Shown: positions 9,766-20,470, numbered from the stretch's first letter. The stretch: 64,000 nt of DNA from Candidatus Nanosyncoccus sp. (GCA_045649305.1 JAZRPR010000003.1:830-64829), one strand, 5' to 3'. Translations and numbers: made by a program. Notes: generated by a model from the sequence alone, not told the origin.

Positions 9766-12432
9766 ATGAGACAAAAAACTAAGTATTTTCTGTTGGCACT
9801 AGCTTTTGCTGGTGTGTCAATAATTATTAGCAAAGCCACTCTGGCTGCGGGGAGCTTTGGGCTAGAAAGCGCCACTGTTTTAGATAAAGCTACGGATGTA
9901 GTGGCCGAAAACCCAATCGTTTCTGGCAACACTGCGACTTCGACAATTGTTTTTCACCTGCTAGATGACTTTGTCACATATAATCTTAGCCTCAAAAACT
10001 CAACCACCACCTCATTCAAGATTCTCGACATCACTGACAACAATACAAACGAGTTTGTAGAATACACTTACGACAATCATGCAGATGAAGTTGTTGATGC
10101 GGGCCAAGCACTTGACCTGGAAGTTACAATTACTTACATACAAGAACATTTAGACGATGATGATCGTACCCAAAACAACGATGTTACGTTTGTTATTTCG
10201 TATCAAGATCTTCATACCGGAGTAGTAGAAGAGGAAGAAGTCAAAATTATTCTAGTTCCTAATACTGGTGAGGCCGCCTCAGACTCAGTATCAGCAAACA
10301 TTGCATCAAATGTCTTGCTAATCGTCGCCATTATTACTGGCGCCGTTTTGGTGATTGTTATTTTGCGTAAGAAGAAGGGCGCTGCAACTATCCTAGCGTT
10401 AGTTATCACTGTTGTTGCCGCGAGCGTATTGGGCATTAGTGCGATCGCCGAAGAAAATGACGCATCGGATATGAACGTGAATATGAACAGCGAAATTAGG
10501 CTTCGCGACCAAATGTGTGGTGAAGTATATTGGAAAGACCCAGACACTGGCGCGGATGTTTATATGTCTCCAGATGATTTTGGTTGTGACGATTACGATC
10601 CGGACAATTTGGTCTACTTTGGAGATATTTTCAACCCTAGCTGGATTCCTGCACCTGATGGATTAATGGTTACTGGCTTTAGATTTACTGGCACGAATAC
10701 TGATGTGGACCTTGATGCTCTAATTTTGGATGACTACAGTGTGACACTTCTTTATGGTGAAAGAACCTATAGTATTACTTATGATTATAATGGTGGGACT
10801 GTGGCAACTGCCAATCCAACCACAGTTAAGAAAACTGACCAAGCATTTACGTTAAATAAGCCAACAAAAGATACAGCATACTTTAATTGTTGGCAAGGTT
10901 CTAATATTAGTTATGGCGAATGCTTAGAGGACGTAACTATCGATCCTTCTACCGTTAATGATGATTTGGAATACAAGGCCTTATTTCATCATGAAGTAAT
11001 CGTGAACGACCAGTACGGAAATGAACTCGTACATGACTTTATCCCAGAAGGTCACGATGGAATTACTTATTCAAAAACAATCTATCCAGAAGGCTATACC
11101 GTAAATAGTGGTTCTTGTACCAATGGGCAAAGGTTGAGAATCGTGACAAACCTTTACGAGGTGGACGGTTTGACAAACAATACTGTCTGTACAGTTAATA
11201 TTACACCTAAAACATATGATGTTGAACTAGTTGTAAATAATGGTTCTGGGTCCGCTACTAAGAGAATTAATCACGGTCAAGACGCGACATTCACAGGCAT
11301 AGCACCAAACACTGACTATACTTTAATTGAAAAAGTAAGTTGTACTAATGGGCAAACCGCAATCTATTCTAATGGGACTGTCACTGTAGAGAATGTGACT
11401 GGCAGTACTACTTGTACGATGAATGCTTTGCCTCCGACAATTCATACTATCACATACATGCAGGAAATGACTCCAGAGATTTGTGCTGCAACTACCACTC
11501 CAAGTAGCAGTCTCGAAACTGGCTCGCATATCGACTGGAATGGCTCACATTATGGCGACTCAAACTATACTCCGAGAACTGCACTCATCGATAATCGCGA
11601 TAACCAAAAATATCTCATAGAGAAACTCGCCGATGGTGAATGCTGGATGATGCAAAATTTGAGTCTTGCACTGTCTACAGAAAAAACATTTACAAGTGAA
11701 GATACCGATCTAAACACGATAAGTTCCTATACTCCTATTCGTAATACGGAAAACATAATAGTAAATGTCCAAAACCCTTACGGCGAAGACAAACAGGCAC
11801 TATATACGGCGCAACTTTCTTGGTACCCTGAATTCCCATATTTTGTGGGTACGGACGAATTCCCTTATAATGGCGTTACTCCATCAGATAGCCCTACGGA
11901 TGACTCGGATGAATATCTCTGGCAAAAGACGGGCAATCTCTATTCCGCTTCAGCGGTTACTGCGGGTACATACACGTTTGCTGCTGGCGCGGACTTCTAT
12001 ACTCAAGATACCATTTGTCCAAAAGGATGGACTTTGCCTGATAATGCCCTTATCGATCCTAATGGCACTAATCCTCCTAATGACAAATCGCTCTACAAGC
12101 TTATGTACACCTATTCACCTAATAATCAATCCACGGATTATTTGCATTTCGCCGAATCCGGTATCTTCTCGCAAACATTTGGTGGTTATTATCAAAGTCG
12201 CCAAGGTGCCGGTATGTCTGGCTTTTCAACTATGAACGGTGTCAAATATTATACTGAAGTAGCTTATTTGGGCGAATATTTTCGAGATGCCTATGGTACT
12301 GGTAGGAGTAATCCATTTATGCTCGCGTATGCAAGATTCTTGTTCCCAAATTATCCGTATGTGCAAATTCAGACTAGTAACTCAAACGTTCTAACATTTC
12401 ATGGTGCGTACGCACGTTGTATAGCTAGATAA
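9766..12432 (+). CDS. Surface protein: signal peptide, N-module, internal VPNTG-TM-RKKK, second signal-like segment, InlB B-type repeat, C-terminal FISUMP-like domain
   Basis: YSITYDYNGG...NKPTK repeat; IDNRDNQKY..KLADGECWMMQNL, GNLYS, ICPKGWTLP and terminal ARC match the Fibrobacter succinogenes major paralogous domain pattern. Confidence 0.75.
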   Translation: MRQKTKYFLLALAFAGVSIIISKATLAAGSFGLESATVLDKATDVVAENPIVSGNTATSTIVFHLLDDFVTYNLSLKNSTTTSFKILDITDNNTNEFVEYTYDNHADEVVDAGQALDLEVTITYIQEHLDDDDRTQNNDVTFVISYQDLHTGVVEEEEVKIILVPNTGEAASDSVSANIASNVLLIVAIITGAVLVIVILRKKKGAATILALVITVVAASVLGISAIAEENDASDMNVNMNSEIRLRDQMCGEVYWKDPDTGADVYMSPDDFGCDDYDPDNLVYFGDIFNPSWIPAPDGLMVTGFRFTGTNTDVDLDALILDDYSVTLLYGERTYSITYDYNGGTVATANPTTVKKTDQAFTLNKPTKDTAYFNCWQGSNISYGECLEDVTIDPSTVNDDLEYKALFHHEVIVNDQYGNELVHDFIPEGHDGITYSKTIYPEGYTVNSGSCTNGQRLRIVTNLYEVDGLTNNTVCTVNITPKTYDVELVVNNGSGSATKRINHGQDATFTGIAPNTDYTLIEKVSCTNGQTAIYSNGTVTVENVTGSTTCTMNALPPTIHTITYMQEMTPEICAATTTPSSSLETGSHIDWNGSHYGDSNYTPRTALIDNRDNQKYLIEKLADGECWMMQNLSLALSTEKTFTSEDTDLNTISSYTPIRNTENIIVNVQNPYGEDKQALYTAQLSWYPEFPYFVGTDEFPYNGVTPSDSPTDDSDEYLWQKTGNLYSASAVTAGTYTFAAGADFYTQDTICPKGWTLPDNALIDPNGTNPPNDKSLYKLMYTYSPNNQSTDYLHFAESGIFSQTFGGYYQSRQGAGMSGFSTMNGVKYYTEVAYLGEYFRDAYGTGRSNPFMLAYARFLFPNYPYVQIQTSNSNVLTFHGAYARCIAR

Positions 12433-12505
12433 ATAAATCTCACAAAAATCACAAAAATCAAGTGTTTATTTTAGCCACAACCGTGATAAAATAAACATAA
12501 GTAAA

Positions 12506-15500
12506 GTGGAGCAAAAATTGAAAAAGCGGGGTAGCATGATGTTGGGTACTGGTGCGCACGTAAGGAGGCGTAATTATTTCCCACTTATTATTACTGCGAT
12601 TTTCGTATTTGGTTTTGTTGCTTCACTTATTTCCACTCTTACTACTTCTGCAGCGGCAAATATTTTTAAGATTCAAAATGTCGAGCAGACGGGTATTTCT
12701 GCCTCTGCCGAGGGAACTATTACTGGTTTTGATGAGCAAACAATTTCGAGCGGCGTAGTATTCCACCACCTTAACGACTATGTTGAATATACTATTACTT
12801 TAAAGAATACTGATACGAGCGCGCATATCATTGAGGCTATTACGGATAATAATAACAACCCATATATAATATATGATTATTTAAACCACCAAAACGAACA
12901 AATAGGTGCCGGAAGTGATCTTGTCTTTGTAGTTACTGCTAGATATGTAAACCAAGCTGATATGAACGACCGTGTCAGTGTAAACAACGTCAAGTTTAAT
13001 ATTAAGTTTTTAGACATCGAAGAAGATGATGAAGTAATTGTCGTGCCAGACACTGGTGCGAGCACGAGCACTTCTGGTGGAGCTTCATTTAGCGCTATTT
13101 CACTCATTATTTCTGCGCTTGGCCTTATTCTAATTTGTGTTCTTGTCATGAAGAAACAAAAGAAAGTAAGCAGAGTGATTGTTGCTCTCATGATTTGTAT
13201 TTCTGCTATCACCTTCGCCACTACCGTAAAGGCTGAGGGAGCTTCTGTTAATGGGTTTACTTTCACTACGGGATTTGCCTTTAGGGATCGCTTGATTGTA
13301 ACTTATAAAGACGGAAACAATAACGAGCACCAAGAAATAATTAACTATGGTAGTTTATTAAACCTTGAAAACCCTGTAAAAAATGGATATCGCTTTGCCG
13401 GTTGGAAATATGCCGACGGATCTACATTTATTGCTTCTGACCCAATTACGGATGATATTTCGATTGAACCTGTGTTTACGATTGATACTTATATTATTTC
13501 TTATGACCTTGCTGGTGGTACTACTTCTGAACCAAACACTACTAACTACACCGTGAATGATATTGTGATTTTGCACGAACCAACCAAAGAACATTACGTG
13601 TTTGCTGGTTGGACTGGCACGGGTTTAGATGAACCAACAAAGAATGTTGTAATACCTGCGGGTAGTACTGGAGTCAGAAGCTACACGGCAACATATTCAC
13701 CAATTGATTATGATATTACGTATTCTAATATTACCTTAGAGGAGCTTGCACTTTTGAACGCCCCATTAACTTATAATATCGAGACAGCTCCATTTACTAT
13801 TGGTAAACCCGCAACTCGGCTTGACGATGACGAGGATCCAATTTATACATTTGTTGGCTGGAAAGAGGGAAGCACGATTTCTGAGACTATTACTCTTCCT
13901 GATGCAAATTCGATGGGGCCAAAAATCTATGAAGCACAGTGGGCTCCAGTTGATGCTACAACGTATACTATTTCTTATGAGTTAAATGGTGGCACGACTG
14001 CTACACCTAACAGAACTACTTTTACTAAGAATGATGAGACCTTCTCGATTATTAATCCTACAAAGACCGGCTATACATTTAAGGGCTGGTCTGGGACCGA
14101 TCTAACTGGTGATACCAACACAGATGTACAAGTCGTTTCTGGTACTAGAAAAAATCTTTCGTTTGAAGCTCACTACACTGCCAATACATACAAAGTCGTT
14201 TTTAATGCTAATGGTGGTACTGGCAATATGGCGGATCAAACTCTTACCTATGATACGGCCGCAAATCTAAATGCTAATACTTATACCAAAACTGGTTATA
14301 GTTTTGGTGGTTGGAACACTGCAGCTGGTGGTACGGGAACTGCTTATACCAATGGGGCCGAAGTAGAAAATTTAAAGACCGAGGGCGAAATAACACTCTA
14401 CGCTCAGTGGACGGCAAACAGCTACTTGGTCGCCTTTGATTGCAATCATGTTGGTTGCGAAGGTACTATGGAAAACCTCCCAATGGTTTATGACGTAGAA
14501 AAAGCCTTACCACTCAATGTGTTTAGTGTTCCTGGTTATGCCTTTACTGGCTGGGGCACTGAGGCGGCAGGTGACGGCGATAGCTATGGCAATGGCGCCG
14601 AGGTAAACAACCTCGCCGCTACTGGTGCAATTACGCTCTATGCTCAGTGGACCACCGTAGATTACGACATATCCTACGAACTAAATGGCGGCACTGCCGA
14701 AAACCCAGCTACCTACACTACAGAGCAGACCATTACGCTAAACAACCCAACCAAAACCGGCTACAACTTCACCGGTTGGAGCGGTACAGATCTTGATGGC
14801 GAGGACGATATGGAAGTCACTATCCCAGCTGGCAGTACTGGTAACCGCAACTACACCGCCAACTGGTCTGACCCAATTAACTACAGTATTGAATACACCG
14901 GTCTAGATGCTCTCACCGAAGAAGAACTTGCCGCATTCACCAACCCTACCACCTACACCATAGAAAGTAGCTTTACGCTTTCGAATCCAGCTCACCTTGG
15001 TTACCAATTCGTCGGCTGGACCGGTAGCAATGGCGACACGCTACAGACGACTGTAAATGTTGCGGCTGGCACCACAGGAAGTCTTAGCTATCACGCTAAC
15101 TTCGCCGCCAACACCTACACCGTGGTCTTTGAGAAAAACCCAGGCACACATAATATTGGTGGCGACATGGACGCACAAGCCTTTATCTATGACACCGAAC
15201 AAGCTCTTACTGACAATGCCTTTACTATCGACGAACCAGGCTTCAAATATGGTGGTTGGAACACCGAAGCTGATGGCTCTGGCACGCACTACGACGATAA
15301 ACAGACGGTAGAGAATCTCACCGCTGAAAACGAAGGCACCGTAACGCTCTATGCTGAATGGGGCAGGACACCATATACGATCGCTTTCGACAAAAACAAC
15401 GAAAACGCAACTGGCGAAATGCTTCCTATCGAGAATATTACCTACGGTGAACATATTACCTTGCCACAAGTAGGTTTCGTTTATAACGACCACAAAATCG

Positions 15501-18379
15501 CAAGCTGGAATACTGAGCCAGATGGTTCTGGTCGTAGCTATGGAGATCAAGCTGACGTCGTAAACGTCGCTATCGATGGCACAGTTACGCTTTATGCGCA
15601 GTGGCGCGATACAGAAGCCGTATTCTTGGGTGGCACCAGACCAAAAATGAAATGGATTGCACTAGCTGGTGGCAACCAAGCGAACATTACGGCGATTAGG
15701 CAATATGCTGGTACGCCGGACGTAACGACCTTTACGGATGACAACATCGTTTCAGAAGAAACTTCTCCAGACCCAATTTATACATGGTATGATAACGGAA
15801 CAATCTACTACTGGAGCGAGGATAATCATCCTGCACTTAGTGCATTCTCAAGAGAGATGTTTGATGGACTTACGAAGGCAGAAGTAATTGAGGTCAAAAA
15901 CCTAGACACGTCAAATGTGACCAATATGATTTACATGTTTAGGAACTGTTCAAGCTTAAAGAGCCTAGATCTGAGTAATTTCGACACAAGTAAAGTAACG
16001 ACTATGCATCAGATGTTTAATGGTTGCAGTAGCTTAGCCGAGTTAGATGTATCTACGTTTGATACTAAAAACGTAACAGATATGCACGGGATGTTCGCTA
16101 ATTGTAGCGGATTGACAGAGTTAGATGTAAGTAATTTCGATACAAGTAATGTGACTACCATGACGGGTATGTTCCAGAACGACAGTGGCTTAACTGAGAT
16201 AGATATTACTGGATTTAATACGGAGAATGCAAAAAGCATTAGCGGCATGTTCATGGGCTGTACTCGTTTGACCGAAATCGATTTAAGTCACATGAACACC
16301 CAAAAAATTACGGATATGTCAAATCTATTCAGAGGATGTACAAATCTTGAAAATGTGATATTTGGCGAGGACTTTAAAGCAGAAGAAGTAACTACGATGC
16401 GAAATATGTTTATGGGTTGTACGAGTCTAAAAGTACTAGATTTGAGTACTTTCGAAGCAACAAAGGTAACAAATGTTTACCAAATGTTCCTATATGACAA
16501 CCAGCTCGAAACGATATATGTCACAAATCCAGAAGCATTCTCAAACATAACCGATTCTCAGGATATGTTCCATAGTTGTGGCTCGCTAGTGGGCGGAATG
16601 GGCACGGTGCAAAGTCAAATTTATAGATCCGGTGAGCGTGCGTTTATAGACTTGGGTCCTGATAGGCCAGGTTACTTCACGGACAAAACCAAACTCAATG
16701 TATTTTACTATCCAAATGATAACGAAGCCACCGGCACAATGGAAGACCAGCTCGGGGTTGTAGTCGGTGAAGGCGTGCGACTGAATGCAAACCAGTATAA
16801 AAAGACCGGATTTAAATTTGGTGGCTGGAATACAGAACCAGATGGCTCTGGCGACCACTATGATGACGAACAAATAGTCACAAAGAATGGTTTCCTGAAA
16901 CTCTATGCTCAATGGGGTGAGAGCCCATACACGGTGATCTTTGATAAAAACGCTGACGATGCACAGGGTAACATGGAGAGCATCAGTAAAATTTATGGCG
17001 AACACTTTGATCTTCCGGCCAGTACATTCACAAGACAAAGTTATATATTCCAAGGATGGAACACTGAAGCAGACGGCTCTGGTAAACACTATGACGACCA
17101 AGAAAACGTCATCAACCTAGATACAGATGGCGAAGTTACGCTCTACGCTGAATGGCTTGAATCAACCGCAATCATTGCAGACCATGGTCCAAACACGGGT
17201 TTTAGCCTAAACATTAAATCGCTCGTTGGTAACAACGGTAGCACTCCGTCTCATGCCAACTATACCGTTAAGAAGATTGTCCGTTCAGACACTGAACCAA
17301 CTGATGAGCAAAAAGCACATCCAAGAAGCAACGTTGCGGCTACGAATTCAAATTTTCCAGTATATATATGGTTCGATGAGCCAACTGGCACCATTTATTG
17401 GTGGAGCGAAGCTGAAACAGTCTTTATGGCGAAGCGTGCTGATTATATGTTTGCAAACTTTAAGGCTCTCGAAAGCGTTGATGTCGAGGATTTTGACACT
17501 TCGCTAACAACCAGCATGGCCGGTTTGTTCAACGGTGATGAGGCGCTTGCGTCAATCGATCTTTCGAATTTCGATACTGATGGCGTAACGGACATGCATC
17601 AAATGTTTAGCGGATGTTCTGCGCTTAACTCGCTAGACGTATCTGGGTTTGACACTGATGACGTAACTAATATGTCATCTATGTTCTCAGGTCTAGCTAA
17701 TGTCTCTAGTCTCAATGTGACGAGCTTTAATACCGAAAATGTCGAGAATTTCAGCGGTATGTTTAGAGGCATGAAAAATCTCACTAGTCTTGACGTTTCT
17801 GGGTTTAATACTGGTAAAGCCACTCTCATGAACGAAATGTTTAGGGATTGTGAAAAGCTTGAAATCATCAATGTAAGCAGATTTAATACAGCAAAGGTTA
17901 CTTCATTTGAGGGTATGTTTAGGGGTTGTAAAGCCGTAGAAGAACTTGACGTCTCTGGATTTGTCACGAGTAGCGCCCAGAACATTTCCGCCATGTTCTA
18001 TGGTTGTAGTAGCATTACGGAGCTCGACCTTCATAACTTTAACACGAGCAATGTTATTTCAATGAATCATACCTTCCTTGGACTAACCAATGTAGAAGTA
18101 CTTGACCTTAGCACTTTTGACACCAAAAATGTTACAGGAATGCAGTATACTTTCTCAAGCGACGTAAACCTAAAAACAATTTATGTAACAGATAAATTCG
18201 TAACCAGCGCGATTCCTGAAAACTCGGCTAGCTCCCAACTCATGTTCTATCAATGTGGCAAACTCGTTGGTGGGCTTGGAACGAAATTCAGTGGCCAATT
18301 CATCAACCACGTCCGTGCTCATATCGATGGCGGTCCAGACAATCCGGGTTACTTCACCGATATTGCAGATAAACCGTAG
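12506..18379 (+). CDS. 1957-aa surface protein: N-module, internal VPDTG-TM-KKQKK, second signal-like segment, many InlB B-type repeats, two BspA/DUF285-type LRR arrays
   Basis: Repeats Y.V.F..NGG.G.M..Q...Y......L..N.Y.K.GY.F.GWNT...G.G..Y; ~25-aa repeats LD(L/V)S.F(D/N)T.(N/K)VT.M..MF. Start GTG 12506 or a nearby ATG. Confidence 0.8.
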   Translation: MEQKLKKRGSMMLGTGAHVRRRNYFPLIITAIFVFGFVASLISTLTTSAAANIFKIQNVEQTGISASAEGTITGFDEQTISSGVVFHHLNDYVEYTITLKNTDTSAHIIEAITDNNNNPYIIYDYLNHQNEQIGAGSDLVFVVTARYVNQADMNDRVSVNNVKFNIKFLDIEEDDEVIVVPDTGASTSTSGGASFSAISLIISALGLILICVLVMKKQKKVSRVIVALMICISAITFATTVKAEGASVNGFTFTTGFAFRDRLIVTYKDGNNNEHQEIINYGSLLNLENPVKNGYRFAGWKYADGSTFIASDPITDDISIEPVFTIDTYIISYDLAGGTTSEPNTTNYTVNDIVILHEPTKEHYVFAGWTGTGLDEPTKNVVIPAGSTGVRSYTATYSPIDYDITYSNITLEELALLNAPLTYNIETAPFTIGKPATRLDDDEDPIYTFVGWKEGSTISETITLPDANSMGPKIYEAQWAPVDATTYTISYELNGGTTATPNRTTFTKNDETFSIINPTKTGYTFKGWSGTDLTGDTNTDVQVVSGTRKNLSFEAHYTANTYKVVFNANGGTGNMADQTLTYDTAANLNANTYTKTGYSFGGWNTAAGGTGTAYTNGAEVENLKTEGEITLYAQWTANSYLVAFDCNHVGCEGTMENLPMVYDVEKALPLNVFSVPGYAFTGWGTEAAGDGDSYGNGAEVNNLAATGAITLYAQWTTVDYDISYELNGGTAENPATYTTEQTITLNNPTKTGYNFTGWSGTDLDGEDDMEVTIPAGSTGNRNYTANWSDPINYSIEYTGLDALTEEELAAFTNPTTYTIESSFTLSNPAHLGYQFVGWTGSNGDTLQTTVNVAAGTTGSLSYHANFAANTYTVVFEKNPGTHNIGGDMDAQAFIYDTEQALTDNAFTIDEPGFKYGGWNTEADGSGTHYDDKQTVENLTAENEGTVTLYAEWGRTPYTIAFDKNNENATGEMLPIENITYGEHITLPQVGFVYNDHKIASWNTEPDGSGRSYGDQADVVNVAIDGTVTLYAQWRDTEAVFLGGTRPKMKWIALAGGNQANITAIRQYAGTPDVTTFTDDNIVSEETSPDPIYTWYDNGTIYYWSEDNHPALSAFSREMFDGLTKAEVIEVKNLDTSNVTNMIYMFRNCSSLKSLDLSNFDTSKVTTMHQMFNGCSSLAELDVSTFDTKNVTDMHGMFANCSGLTELDVSNFDTSNVTTMTGMFQNDSGLTEIDITGFNTENAKSISGMFMGCTRLTEIDLSHMNTQKITDMSNLFRGCTNLENVIFGEDFKAEEVTTMRNMFMGCTSLKVLDLSTFEATKVTNVYQMFLYDNQLETIYVTNPEAFSNITDSQDMFHSCGSLVGGMGTVQSQIYRSGERAFIDLGPDRPGYFTDKTKLNVFYYPNDNEATGTMEDQLGVVVGEGVRLNANQYKKTGFKFGGWNTEPDGSGDHYDDEQIVTKNGFLKLYAQWGESPYTVIFDKNADDAQGNMESISKIYGEHFDLPASTFTRQSYIFQGWNTEADGSGKHYDDQENVINLDTDGEVTLYAEWLESTAIIADHGPNTGFSLNIKSLVGNNGSTPSHANYTVKKIVRSDTEPTDEQKAHPRSNVAATNSNFPVYIWFDEPTGTIYWWSEAETVFMAKRADYMFANFKALESVDVEDFDTSLTTSMAGLFNGDEALASIDLSNFDTDGVTDMHQMFSGCSALNSLDVSGFDTDDVTNMSSMFSGLANVSSLNVTSFNTENVENFSGMFRGMKNLTSLDVSGFNTGKATLMNEMFRDCEKLEIINVSRFNTAKVTSFEGMFRGCKAVEELDVSGFVTSSAQNISAMFYGCSSITELDLHNFNTSNVISMNHTFLGLTNVEVLDLSTFDTKNVTGMQYTFSSDVNLKTIYVTDKFVTSAIPENSASSQLMFYQCGKLVGGLGTKFSGQFINHVRAHIDGGPDNPGYFTDIADKP

Positions 18380-18404
18380 GCTCGTTTTGAAAAATAGTTT
18401 TCAC

Positions 18405-18433
18405 TTGCATCATACGAAAAATAGTGGTAAAAT
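18405..18433 (+). promoter_or_regulatory. Sigma-70-type promoter of rpmF-nusB-NUDIX-rnc operon
   Basis: TTGCAT-17 bp-TGgTAAAAT. Confidence 0.65.
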
Positions 18434-18474
18434 AACTTAAATTATCTATTTATAACAACACTAAGGAGCATTAA

Positions 18475-18678
18475 ATGCCTGAACCTAAAAAGCAAAGCAG
18501 CCCAAGAAAAACTGGTCTTCGCCGCTCGCACCTTCGCCTCAAATTGGCTCGTGCGGTCAACGCAAAATCCCCAGTTAAGGCTTTTGAAACTGCTAAAAAG
18601 ACCCCAAACCTTAAGGTCAAAACCGTTAAAGCTGCTAAAAAAGCAGAAACTAAAAAAACCACTAAAAAATCTAAGTAA
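18475..18678 (+). CDS. rpmF: 50S ribosomal protein L32 (cysteine-free form)
   Basis: [20 protein letters not shown]-terminus; SD AAGGAG; upstream of nusB. Confidence 0.85.
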   Translation: MPEPKKQSSPRKTGLRRSHLRLKLARAVNAKSPVKAFETAKKTPNLKVKTVKAAKKAETKKTTKKSK

Positions 18679-18692
18679 TTTATAGGAATATT

Positions 18693-19202
18693 ATGGCTAG
18701 TAATCGACATTTAGGTAGAGTAATCGTTTTACAAGGTTTGTATGAATATGAACTAAGAACTCTGGCGGGCGACCAAGAAGTCGATTTGGATACTGTCATC
18801 GCCAAAAATATTGAGCCTTACGAAAAGGCACTTGGCGACACCGAATTTGTTTATAGATTAGCGCACGGTGTTATCGAGCACGTGACCGAGCTCGATGAGG
18901 CTTTGCAACCAATGGCCCCAGAATGGCCAATTTCGTCTATTTCTGCGATCGACCGCAACGTCCTTCGCATGGGTCTTTATGAACTTTCGGAATGCCGCGA
19001 CTCTATCCCACCAAAAGTTGCTATCAATGAAGCCGTAGAGCTTGCCAAAGCTTTCGGCTCAGACAATTCCTCGAAATTCATCAATGGCGTGCTCGGCACG
19101 GCCTACAAAGAACTTCACATTGATGAAGAGGAAGCGTCGAAAGGAAAACATGAATCAGTCAATAAAACCGTCGACGGAACCGACAGCGAGGAGAACGCTT
19201 AA
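18693..19202 (+). CDS. nusB: Transcription antitermination factor NusB
   Basis: [45 protein letters not shown]. Confidence 0.95.
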   Translation: MASNRHLGRVIVLQGLYEYELRTLAGDQEVDLDTVIAKNIEPYEKALGDTEFVYRLAHGVIEHVTELDEALQPMAPEWPISSISAIDRNVLRMGLYELSECRDSIPPKVAINEAVELAKAFGSDNSSKFINGVLGTAYKELHIDEEEASKGKHESVNKTVDGTDSEENA

Positions 19203-19731
19203 AGTCCCAGAGGCCTTGCCGACTGAGACCATCAAAGAATCTCCTCTTGAAAAACTTAAATCAGCCGTTTTTCGTAAGAAGCCGGCCATTCAAGAGATTG
19301 TGCGCGAACCAACCTCCGGTGGTATCATTTTTCGTTTGTCCGAAGATCAAAAGGACATCGAAATTCTTTTGATCCAAGACTCCAAAGAGCGTTGGACTAT
19401 TCCGAAGGGCCACATTGAGCCGGGCGAAACTGCCAAAATGACCGCGCGCCGTGAAATCGAAGAGGAAACTGGTCTCAAAAACGTTTCCATCCTTTCTTGG
19501 CTTGGCAAAATCCATTTTAAATATCGCCGCCTAGATAAATTAGTTTTAATGACTACCCAAGTTTATCTTGTTCAGGCTCTCGATAAGAACGAAATGCCAA
19601 TGAAAGAAAAATGGATGAAGGGCATTCAATGGTTTAAGTTCCCAGATGCTATCGATGCGATCGAATATGAAGATATCGAAAAGTTAATGTTGATCGCCAA
19701 GAAAAAGATTCGTTCCGGCGATTTTAAATAA
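19150..19731 (+). CDS. NUDIX hydrolase
   Basis: Nudix box [22 protein letters not shown]. Start ATG 19150 after AAGGAAAAC; overlaps the nusB 3' end by 53 bp. Confidence 0.85.
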   Translation: MNQSIKPSTEPTARRTLKVPEALPTETIKESPLEKLKSAVFRKKPAIQEIVREPTSGGIIFRLSEDQKDIEILLIQDSKERWTIPKGHIEPGETAKMTARREIEEETGLKNVSILSWLGKIHFKYRRLDKLVLMTTQVYLVQALDKNEMPMKEKWMKGIQWFKFPDAIDAIEYEDIEKLMLIAKKKIRSGDFK

Positions 19732-19743
19732 ATAGGAGGCAAA

Positions 19744-20463
19744 ATGGATAAAACCCCATATCAGGAGTTCGCGAAAGCCAAATTAGGCTTCGAGTTTAAG
19801 GATATTGATCTACTCGTCACCGCGCTGACCCACCGCAGCTACGTCAACGAGCACAAAGCCAGCGTGCACGATCATAATGAGCGCCTAGAGTTTCTCGGCG
19901 ACGCCATTCTAGAGATGGTTTCTTCGGATTTTTTGTATCGCAATTACAATGAGCCCGAAGGTATCATGACCTCTTGGCGTGCCGCTTTGGTGCGCACCGA
20001 ATCCATCGGCGCCGCCGGCAAAGAGCTCGGCTACGAGCCACTCGTGCGCCTCTCCAAAGGGGAAAAGCACGGCTCCGAGCGCGCTCACGACGTGATTCTC
20101 GCAGACTGTTTTGAAGCCGTGATTGGCGCAATTTACCTAGACCAAGGTTACGAAACCGCCAAAGACTTCATCTACAAGCATATTTTAAATAAGATCGACG
20201 AAATTCTCGAGGACGAATCCTGGCGCGATCCAAAATCATACTTCCAAGAGCTCGCCCAAAAGAACGCCGGCGTCACCCCTGTTTATCGCACGCTCAAAGA
20301 AGAGGGCCCAGACCACGACAAAAGCTTTACTGTGGGCGTTTACGTTGGCGAAGAATTGAAGGGTGTAGGTGTAGGCCATTCTAAACAAGAGGCACAAACC
20401 GCCGCTGCTAAAGAGGGTGTCAAGAATTACAAAGCTGCTGAAAAAGTCGCCAAAAACGCTTAA
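19744..20463 (+). CDS. rnc: Ribonuclease III
   Basis: ALTHRSY, NERLEFLGDAIL signature, DPKSYFQE dsRBD. Confidence 0.97.
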   Translation: MDKTPYQEFAKAKLGFEFKDIDLLVTALTHRSYVNEHKASVHDHNERLEFLGDAILEMVSSDFLYRNYNEPEGIMTSWRAALVRTESIGAAGKELGYEPLVRLSKGEKHGSERAHDVILADCFEAVIGAIYLDQGYETAKDFIYKHILNKIDEILEDESWRDPKSYFQELAQKNAGVTPVYRTLKEEGPDHDKSFTVGVYVGEELKGVGVGHSKQEAQTAAAKEGVKNYKAAEKVAKNA

Positions 20464-20470
20464 AAATATC

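Noticed and set aside
11450-12432. FISUMP-like C-terminus as a diversity-generating retroelement target
   Set aside because: No reverse transcriptase and no near-identical template repeat found by eye in the window; a remote DGR cannot be excluded.
12506-18379. Repeats in the giant gene and the rpsP tail as CRISPR-like arrays
   Set aside because: They are in-frame protein repeats with synonymous divergence; no constant repeat/unique spacer pattern and no cas genes.
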